From positions 1,674,001 to 1,738,000 of the forward strand of contig BQFW01000005.1 of NCBI GenBank assembly GCA_020891255.1: 64,000 bases of DNA. The letters are read 5' to 3'. The stretch comes from Entomortierella parvispora E1425. Lineage: Eukaryota; Fungi; Mortierellomycota. Made by a program: the position numbers and the translations under genes. The number at the start of each line of letters is the position of its first letter. Position 1 is the first letter of the stretch. This document shows, piece by piece, positions 13,116-22,325 of the stretch. Below the pieces are notes generated by a model. The model was given only the letters and a program-made list of their open reading frames with translations, made no database searches and had not been told where the DNA came from.

Positions 13116-13258
13116 GATGTGAGAATGCGCCTTCAAATGGTACTATCCGGATTGCTGAACGAAAAGAGGAGGCTCTAATTGGTACTATAAGCAAATGAGA
13201 AAAGCAAAGACAGAGAGAGAGCAAGGCGAGTGGTGTGTGAAGAAACGGCATCATCGGA

Positions 13259-14046
13259 CATCGAAAGTCCCAGTGCATTTGAGGCGATCTAAGCGTGACG
13301 ATTGCTGACCACCAGGCCGCACTCCAACTGCACGAGCGACCCAACGTACTTGTAAATCGCAGGTGTCGAGAAGGGAATGCATTGGCAAGGAGTTCTAGCA
13401 AAACTTGCGAACATCAAACATCGAAAGTCCCAGGGCATGTGAAGCGATCTAGGCGTAACGATGGCTGACCACCAGGCCGCACTCCAACTGCACGAGCGAC
13501 CCAACGTGCTTGTAAATCGCAGGTGTCGAGAAGGCAATGCATTGGCAAGGTGTTGTAGCAAAACTTGCAAACATCAAACATCGAAAGTCCCAGGGCATGT
13601 GAAGCGATCTAGGCGTAACGATGGCTGACCACCAGGCCGCACTCCAACTGCACGAGCGACCCAACGTGCTTGTAAATCGCAGGTGTCGAGAAGGCAATAC
13701 GTATTGGCAAGGTGTTGTAGCAAAACTTGCAAACATCAAACATCGAAAGTCCCAGGGCATGTGAAGCGATCTAGGCGTAACGATGGCTGACCACCAGGCC
13801 GCACTCCAACTGCACGAGCGACCCAACGTGCTTGTAAATCGCAGGTGTCGAGAAGGCAATACGTATTGGCAAGGTGTTGTAGCAAAACTTGCAAACATCA
13901 AACATCGAAAGTCCCAGGGCATGTGAAGCGATCTAGGCGTAACGATGGCTGACCACCAGGCCGCACTCCAACTGCACGAGCGACCCAACGTGCTTGTAAA
14001 TCGCAGGTGTCGAGAAGGCAATGCATTGGCAAGGCGTTGTTCAGCA
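13259..14046. repeat. Tandem array of five 160/162-bp units (last one partial)
   Basis: TCGAAAGTCC recurs at 13261, 13421, 13581, 13743 and 13905. Units 2-5 are nearly identical; unit 1 differs from unit 2 at 11 of 160 positions. Confidence 0.97.
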
Positions 14047-14110
14047 AGGTAGAAATAAAACAGAATCAATTACCTTAGAATGCTTGGAAAATGAGATCCA
14101 GCGCCGCAAG

Positions 14111-14203
14111 GATACAAAGAAGAGGGTGTTGGTGATACAAAGGAGAGGGTGTTGATGATACAAAGGACAGGGTGTATCGTGTTGATGATACAAAGGAGAG
14201 GGT
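14111..14203. repeat. Short 23-bp minisatellite (GAGAGGGTGTTGATGATACAAAG-like)
   Basis: GATACAAAG at 14111, 14134, 14157 and 14187. Confidence 0.85.
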
Positions 14204-14875
14204 CAGAGGTGGTGATGAAGGCGTGGGATTGAATCTATGGAAGTGTGGCACAATTTAACAGCACACAGTGCATTCGTCAAAAAATGCATCACGTGCTTTG
14301 TCAGGATTAAAAATCCACTATGGTGCACGTCACCTAGTCGCGACAAAAACGTGGAAATCCCTATACAGAAGCAAGCGAGGCCTTTTGATCGTAAAAGGCC
14401 CCGTAGTTTGATTGATGCCTTTCACGTCTTCAGGGCTACGATGCTATTTTCACCTACAGCCTTGAAGGCAACTTTGCTATTGAGAGAGATAGCCGTGTTT
14501 AAGGGTACGTATTTTTTTGTAACCTATGGCAGTCTACTTAAGGGTGTATTGTATTGTGCCTTCCTGGCCATCAACAGCCCAACGGCCAGGGCCACCAACG
14601 CGTTTTTGTTTCGTGTCCTCGGCGTTGATTCTTTTCTTCTCCTCGCTGTCCCTCTCACTGTTGACTCAACCCTTACCACAACACAGACACCTCTGCACTC
14701 CATCAGCTTACTCGTCTGTCACCACTCAACTTCCCCCGTCAACTCATAACATCGGTATTGCATCTCGAACTCACTGCAAGCACCTTTTTTTCCCTTGGGC
14801 TGCAATAATCTCTGCAGCTTCTCTGACCTTGTCTTTCTTGTTTTCCTTTTCATGACAACCTTTATTTACTGTAGT

Positions 14876-17800
14876 ATGGGTGTCGTCAAAGCCTTCGAGA
14901 CGCTCAAAGACTGTGAGGCAGTCAAGAGAGTCGACGTCAAGTCCCTTGGTGGGTGCCACATTGATGGCTCAGCCGTCTCTTACATGAGACTCAAATCGAC
15001 GGAAGGACGTCTCCTCCTACGCGCTCTGAAGACCCAAGCAAAGAAAGGAACCATTGCTACCACGGCCTCCCTGCTCCCGCTTGGTCGATGGGTCGGAGGA
15101 CTATGGTCCTTTCCTGTCCCTGTCTCGGATTATGGGTCAATCCACTTGGGTATGGCTCCTCTCCACCCGAGCACAGCATCAACCTCTACCAACAATCCAC
15201 CGATCAACAACGCTGCCCTACAGCTGTCCCTGTTGCCATCCACATTGCCTTCTTTTGGCCCAGTCTCGTCTTTGCAGGAGTCAGCCTCAACATCGGATAC
15301 ACTTCCAGACTTCTCTGACCTGCATAATGCACGTATGGAAGCTTGGCCGCTCCTTGCCAGATCCATGGACCGCATGTTTAATACACATTACAACAAGTCG
15401 GCAGACTTTATCCACTACGATGGCGGACCCACCGTGCAGAAAGCCTTTGCACATGATCGACGACTGAAAGCCAATGAAAAGGCATCGATCAAGATGTCTG
15501 AGCTTCTTGCCTCTACTGACGTACGACTTTCTGTGATGGAGTCAAAGTCAACTCTTTCGAACAAACAATTGTCTCGGCTTAAAAGGCACCTCAACTGTGT
15601 TGTTTTCCCCCATTGGATGAAATGCCGTGGGGTGGATCCTCGGGCTACCGTCTTTGTCTCTCGTGAACTTCACACGTCCCATGGATGGAAGTCCCATATA
15701 TGCCATGGCCAATTTGACATATGTGCAGGAAAATTGGCCAAAAAGGACCCAAACATCACCGTTGTCACCACTGACAGTGACCTGCTATTCAGTGGAGTCA
15801 AAGAGTGTGTCCGGATTCAGCTCAAGGGCACCAGCTTTTACTCATACCCGATTGAGGGCATCTTAGCCCACTGTAAGCTCGACTCCCAAGAGCAATGGGT
15901 GGCAGCGGCGGTCGTTAGTCTCAATGACTATGATCCTAGTGTTGGGAGGACATCGTTTAAGACTGCAATCAAGGAGATGGAAAAACTCCGCAAGACTTTT
16001 TCCCGCACCGCTCGCACCAATATCAAAGTCAGGGACTATGTCGAGGCGTTTTGTAAAGGCAAGCATGTCAACATCAGCTCGGTCGAACGGTCCTTGGAGA
16101 GTTTCATCGATTTGCTTGAGACCCCTATTGAGCAGCACAATCCGCACAACGATGTACTCGATGACTCGATACGTAGGATCGTGTACCGAGTGGAGACGCT
16201 GGCACAACGGTAAGAATGCAATACAGAACTGACCTTTTTGCCGGATATGGCACTCATTAAATCAGTCATATTCCCTTCGCCACTGCACTAGCTGTCGCTC
16301 GTCATGCAGGCGTCCAACAAGCAGCGAGCCAAGCGCATCGTTGGCCACGTTGGAGGTTGACGACCTTCGGCCTGTATCTTTGTCAAAGCGAGGAAAGAGG
16401 GAACGTCGTCCAGGGTAAGTTCGACGAGCCAGAGACTAGCTGGATCGAAAGGCTTGGCACAAAGCTGTCAAACTCTCTTTATTTCTGCAGATTTCGTGGA
16501 TACATCTCTGGTCATGTCTTTCGTCAAAAGGCCTTTGCCCCTGTCTTCACTCATCCAGACAAAAATACAGACCCCATCGGTTGCAAGAACATGACCATTG
16601 GTCGACCTGTTCCTGGAGTTCTGGTCTTGGTGGCCGATGAAGAAGATGACTTTCCGGACGATGACGATCCCAAGAGTCCTATGCCTGCGCCAGTGCCTGC
16701 GCCCGTGCCTTCTCCCGCGTCAGCTTCTAAGCCTACTCTCAAGCCTACCCCGGAGAAAACCACAGCGCTTACTACCGGAAAAGCATCCAAAAAGAGGGCA
16801 AGAGCAGGTATCGTTTTTGCTCCTGCCAAGAGGCGTAGCCGGGACGCAGAAATGCAACAGCGGGAGGACGCAAAGTCAAAGGCAAATGTTCAGCAAGGAG
16901 AGGAAGTGCAGGCAGAGGACGAAAAAAGCGACGAATGACAAACCCCACCAATATGATTGGCGATGTTGTCGCGTCTCGATGCCAAATGGCCGCTATGAGG
17001 CCAGGACGACTAGAATCGTGTCTACGATACAGTCTCAAGAACTCATTCCCAATGCTCTCTAAAGAGCAGCACGAGCTTCTATTGAGGCACATCACCGGCG
17101 TCATTCGCACGTTGGCCAGTGTCCACTCTTATCTGTTGAGAGAGGGCCTCTTGGTGACAGAGCTTTACATTGCCAGCGTCTTCAAGGAATTCCCAGTCGT
17201 GGATGGAGACCTCGGGCAAGATCACGCCAGAGAGAGAAGTGACTTGTTTAACAACATCCTGCTGAAGAAACATCGCGACCCCTTCTTTCAACGGCTTCTG
17301 AAGCGACTGCTCAAGTGGGACTGGGATTCCAACAACACAAATGCCACAAGTCAAGGCTCCATGGCCGCCGACAAAATTTTTGATGATTATTTGAAGCTCA
17401 CCAAAGCCAGCGCAAAGAAGCACCTTTCAAAAAAGAGGACCAGGACATGGACATTTGCGATATAACATTTGTTGAACAGTGCGCAAGAACACTCTCGGAT
17501 ATGGTGGGGGAACACGTATTCAAGCACACCCTGGAGCTGAAATCGAGAGTAAGTCATCATCGAACAAAACTATCGTTGCTCGAAACTCTGGCAAATTGAC
17601 CTTTTCGTTTAATAACGTGTTCATTTCGATTGCTGGTGGTCCTAGGTTATCCTTCATAACCCTTCTTGGTATTCATCGGCCTGTGGAAAGAACTTTCTCG
17701 AATCCGTCAACGAGAAAGGAGTCTCATTGATGCACGACCGGCTGAGTCTACATGCAATAATGACCTGGTTGATTCTGGCTGGAGCCCAGATCAAGATTCT

Positions 17801-20007
17801 GCCCAAGTCGGATTCACGGATGGTTTTTTTGCATTAGCGGAGCGCCAGCTGGTGAGCTGCATCTTGAAAGGCATCCGAGTGGCTAATCCAATGTATCGCA
17901 CCCTCAACAATGTGTTCGGGAATAAGGGAGGGGCGGAAAAAAACACACAGGACGAGGTCGGGAGATTGTCTTTTTTCCTCTTCCTCAACGGCCGCAACAC
18001 ATGTTATCGACGAGGGACCAACGTACTTTGGGCCAAAGACTACTCAGGCACTTCGTCCTCGAACCCTCTACCGACTTTACAGCAGTTACAGCTCCGAGAT
18101 ATGATGTTCTTCGAGTCTGACGCAATTGCAGAATTCGAGCAAGCTTCCGAGGGTTTGGGTACCAATGCCAACGCTCCTGGGTATGAAGACCGCAAAAAAA
18201 GACTCAAGGATGTTATTGGTAAAGGGATCCATAGCTCAGAGCATTATCAGCACCTGATTGACATTGCGGCTCCCAAAGTCAAGCGGCCAAAATACGTCCT
18301 AACAGGAGACATATCCACCAACGGCTACGACCTGCGTGTTATGGCGTACAGTTGACTGAGAAGAAGCGTAGAGCTCTGCCAGCGGCTTCTTCTACTCCGA
18401 ACGTTGCTGACCCTTCGACATCGTCTCTGTTGGCAATTGAAGTCGGTGCGAATGCCTCTAGCGAATTGTTCACCAATCCTGACCTCATCTCAAGAACACC
18501 TGCTCTGGATCTACCTCCATCCGTGGAAGGGCAGTCATCGAGCGAAATGCTGCCGTCCGTGTCAATGCCAGATGTGGCTCCAACGGCTGCGACTGCCTGG
18601 TCAGCAGCCCCTTCCCTTGAATGGTGGCCGTACGTTGCTGAAGCGTTCAACTCCCAAGAGAAAATCAACAAGCTCTACCGAGACAATGCTGGACCTCAGA
18701 CCGGTATTCGGGTCCTCTGTCTAGACCCCGGGGTTGCATGTACAGCCACGGGCACACTTGTCCACTCCAATTATCCAAAAGTCACCATCAACCTGACTAT
18801 CCCTCGCGGCTCCCGAGATATCATCGACAATAGATATCGAATGGAACAGAGTGCTTGTAAGATTAAGGGGGGTATTCCGGATATCGAGGCAAGGCTAGTG
18901 GCATTGAAGCCTGTCGAGGCGGGGCTGGTGCTTGTTAAGCCTACTGACGTCAAGACAACCGATCCCAACAACTTGGACCAAGGTATGAGGGACGTGCCAG
19001 TCGCTGCCAGTGTGAAAAAGGACACAGATTCCTTGAACACAGCGATGAAAGCAGCGGTGCATGAATATGAAGAAACTGTCAAAGCCCATATCATCAGCCA
19101 AGCAAAAGAGTCCTCCGCCCTCCGCAACTTCTACGGTATCAAGAAGTTCAAGAGGGACAAGTACGACTACCGAGAAGCCATTCGCCATGATCTCGACAAG
19201 TCCTCGACGGCTATTCTCAATATGAAACACTGCGTTCCTCATCCCCAAGCAACAGATGCCGATCTGTTGTCTATAATCTCTGCTGTGCAAGAGGATTTCG
19301 AAGGAGCCAGGCATACAGTCTCAAAGCTTCCGAGGGGCAAGCAGTTCGACTGGAGCTCATATTTTAGAGTCATGGATAATGCAAACCGGTTGCAGGGGGA
19401 TGAACGCAGCACGTTCTTGGCATCCGCTGACGCCACTAAGGATCTAGTCAAAACAGCGCAGTCCTTGTACAAGGTTGGCTACATGAGCAAGAATCAACTC
19501 TCGGATGAGGTTCGTCGAGAGTTCCTAGAATCACCACTCATTATCGGAGTTGGCGACGGCGACTATCGCAAGTGGAAGGGGCAGAGTCGGGATGCGGACA
19601 ACTGATAAAAAACTTGATCAGACAGGTAAATACGTGTTGTCGCTCTTGTGTTGTGTAAAACTATAATGTCGATTCTAACCAAAAAGTTTCTATGGTATGA
19701 TTAGAAGCGGGACCTCGTGAAGGATCTTGCCAGGGGCAACACGAAGTCTCCTGTTATCAAACTGGTCAAAATTCCCGAATTCAGGACCTCAGTCTTTTGC
19801 TGCTCGTGTTTATTCCGCGGAAAAGAGGAAGGCCGATCCATCGTTTGTAAAGAGTGCGACAAGAGTCGCGATCGAGACCATAATTCCGCAACCAACATGT
19901 CGAACGCAGTCCTAAACTTACTACGCGGAGAAGAGTGGCCTGCTCCACTTGATTTTGCAAAAGCAAAGTTTGTCGACAAGTTTTCAACAACGACGCTTGA
20001 AGTATGA
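14876..20007 (+). CDS. XPG/FEN1-like PIN nuclease fused to Fanzor/TnpB-like RuvC endonuclease (5 exons; five apparent 1-nt frameshifts in this sequence)
   Basis: N-terminal motifs: MGVVKAFETL…HIDG, HYDGGPTVQKAFAHDRR, GQFD, VTTDSDLL, VVSLNDYDPSVG. C-terminal motifs: YVLTGDISTNGYDL, RuvC-I VLCLDPG (D 18724), IIGVGDG, RuvC-II KIPEFRTS (E 19777), CxxC…CxxC, RuvC-III RDRDHNSATNM (D 19876). In-phase GT-AG introns at 16210-16291, 16415-16490, 17549-17645 and 19626-19704. Confidence 0.8.
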
Positions 20008-20175
20008 CTTCAAGCCTGGGTATCCCCCTTCGGTGTAAGTCTACAAGCCATTCTGCAAAATCTGTCTTCAATTTCTGTTTACTAATTAAGGGCGACTTTT
20101 GTTGCGACTACAGTAGGTGACAGACACTGTATTCGAAGTTTTTATCTGCCTTTACTCTCGAATCTTTTTCTTCTT
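19995..20175 (+). ncRNA. Candidate Fanzor omegaRNA scaffold (3' end of gene to element boundary)
   Basis: Perfect 9-bp hairpin GCTTGAAGT-ATG-ACTTCAAGC over the stop codon, plus GCGAC-TTTT-GTTGC and ACAG-ACA-CTGT hairpins. The position matches known TnpB/Fanzor omegaRNAs. No expression data. Confidence 0.35.
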
Positions 20176-21768
20176 CCGGTGTAGAGATCGTATCCAGTCG
20201 CTCTCCACAAAAGGAAGAATCAGATTTTTTTTTTTTTTTTTTTTTTTGGTGAAATTGAAAACAGAATAAACATCCATCATACCCTTTTTACGACCACGGC
20301 TCTCCTCCTCTTCTCAATATTCTCACTGAAGGACATCCGACCTCCTTTTCCAACCTTCGGACCCTGCTGCAATTGAATGAACAATGCTAAAAACCAAAAA
20401 CCGGCATTTATTTTGGACATGAAAAAGATTGCAGGAGATGATTGACAACACCACGACCCGGGGATTTTGAGGCAAAAACAAAGAATATTTAAGCCTTGAA
20501 ACCACGGGAGGCACGACGACCACGAGCCTTCTCGAACTTGCGACCCTTGCTCTGGACATAGGGCTTGGCGTGCTTGCCGGGGCCCATGCCGAAGTGCTTG
20601 ACGGCCTCACGGGTGTTCTTCTTGCCGCGGAGCAAGACAGTGTTGGCACCAGTGGGGGCACGGAGAGCGAGCTGATCAAAGGTGATGACCTCACCGCCGG
20701 CCTTCAAGATGCGGGCCTTGGCGGTCTTGGTGATGCGCAAGCAAGCGAGGGAGAGCTTGGGGACCTCGAGGAAGCGGTTATCGTCAGTGACGGTACCGAC
20801 AACAACGGCGGTCTTGCCATCCTTACCGGCCATGTTGCGGGCAACACGGGAGACGGACATGGGGGGGCGGTTGACGCGGGACATAAAGAGACGCTTCAAG
20901 ACGACCTTGTTGAAGGCAGAGTCCGTGCGGCGGGCGAGGAATCTGTAGAGCTGTGGGATGAAAAGTAACAGAAAAAGACGCAACGTCGTCAGTCGTGTTG
21001 TCCTTCATAACGTCTTTTCTGTGGGCAATTGTGGGCAATTGTGGGGTGTATCCAGGGAAACAAAGCTGTCCTGTTGTTGTCTATGCCTCTCTTTTCCCCC
21101 GTTGAATTCAAGAATTCCGCATTATCCCTGTACTCAAAAAGTGAGTCGCCCAGTGCTGTGACACTCCCCTCGGGTTGATTGGTTGATTTGTTGATGCGTG
21201 TGGGCGATGTCAAGATCAGATCAGATCACTTTGTAAATCTCTTTTTTTTCTTCCATTCGTACAGTCCTGCCTCATGCTGGCGCGTTTCAAGCAAGAGTTG
21301 CATCCTCCTTGCGCTCCCAAACGTCCGGATTCCTTTGTCTCGCAGTGTGTTTGTCATCCCTTTTTTTCCACCACTGTCTGTCTGAAAAAGAGACCTATGA
21401 CCAGTCTCGTATAGTATATATCGACTTCCTGACCACGCCTCAAGCAGGATTTAAAAGGGTAACGATGTCGTAGAGTCGAACAAAAACACTCGGACGCTTT
21501 TTTCCCTAGCCCATAAGTCCTGTTCCTTGAAGAGTAGCTTTTCCACTCTTTTTTTTCCTATAATTGGTTTCAAGGTGCTGTAGAAGGGGAGCTTTCCATA
21601 CCTTGACGAGCAACAACAGGTAGACATCCTCAGACTTGGGAGCCTGACGGTTCTTGTTGCGAACGTGGTGCTTCTTAATGTCAATACCCTACGATATCAA
21701 ATAGATGGAGGACAAGAGATGAAAAAAGGAGTCAGAAAAAGCTGATGTTGAGGACAGGATCATAGGTT
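20176..21768 (+). repeat. Right copy of long direct duplication (pairs with 8498-10177)
   Basis: Same boundary sequences as the left copy; the RPL18 exon-3 offset is exactly 11600 bp. Confidence 0.95.
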
Positions 21769-22175
21769 CATGAAAGTGGCGGAAAAAAGTCGTCCATGGT
21801 GGGAAAGAGATGTGATTTTCCATGAATGAATCTCTGTCCATGGTGAATCATAGTCCTCCTGTAATCCCAATAGCGATGAAATAGACAGATAGGTGCTGCC
21901 TTTTTCTCCTCCTGGGACCAATGGGTGATCAGAGGCCATTTGATGATGGTGGGCCCATTAGATTAAGTGAATTCATCCATGTCCCAAGATTTTTTTTTGT
22001 GCACAATGTCGTCAAAACTGTCAAGAGGTCGGGTTTAACCCAACCGGTGATGCGCAAGATCCTGTTCCTGCATGTTGGACGATAGGTGATGTGCTCCATG
22101 AGGATGCCGATAGATGGATCGATGGATGGTTTTCCTGAAGCGATGGATGCTGGGATGCCCATGACTGCTAACCAT
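20489..22175 (-). CDS. RPL18: 60S ribosomal protein L18 (eL18), complete: ATG exon 22175-22173, exon 2 21688-21602, exon 3 20950-20489
   Basis: CAAAAATG|GTTAGC first exon. Translation [30 protein letters not shown]|[24 protein letters not shown]…[11 protein letters not shown]. Confidence 0.95.
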
Positions 22176-22325
22176 TTTTGATGAATTGGTTCAGAGAAGG
22201 AACTTCGATCCACGCGAGGAGAGCCGAATATATTTCGCAGCGGGGTCACACACTTTACACCCTTAATGGATTTTGATTCGACAGCTTTTTGTGAGATATT
22301 TATGTACAATAATAGAGGGACAGGT

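Larger units (their letters stand above)
10178..20175. mobile_element. ~10-kb inserted segment carrying an XPG-Fanzor fusion gene, a REase-like gene and a tandem array
   Basis: Bounded exactly by the two copies of the RPL18 duplication. Content is transposon-type. No terminal inverted repeats or transposase were found by eye. Confidence 0.7.

Noticed and set aside
13259-14046. CRISPR array interpretation
   Set aside because: Units are near-identical along their whole length, with no unique spacers, and are far longer than CRISPR repeats.
13259-14046. 5S rRNA, tRNA or box C/D snoRNA array
   Set aside because: No 5S or tRNA cloverleaf or A/B-box pattern and no RUGAUGA/CUGA pair were recognised.
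13449-14069. 206-aa repeat ORF on the minus strand
   Set aside because: It is a by-product of the 162-bp units. The 160-bp units break the frame and substitutions show no third-position bias.
17429-17435. Programmed -1 frameshift at A_AAA_AAG
   Set aside because: The heptamer is in the right frame, but the other four shifts in the gene have no such signal. Sequencing error or decay explains all five more simply.
10178-20175. Terminal inverted repeats or a DDE transposase for the insert
   Set aside because: None were found by eye at either junction or in any frame.
20951-21601. Intronic snoRNA in RPL18 intron 2
   Set aside because: Plausible for ribosomal-protein introns, but no convincing C/D or H/ACA architecture was seen; this needs snoscan or Infernal.
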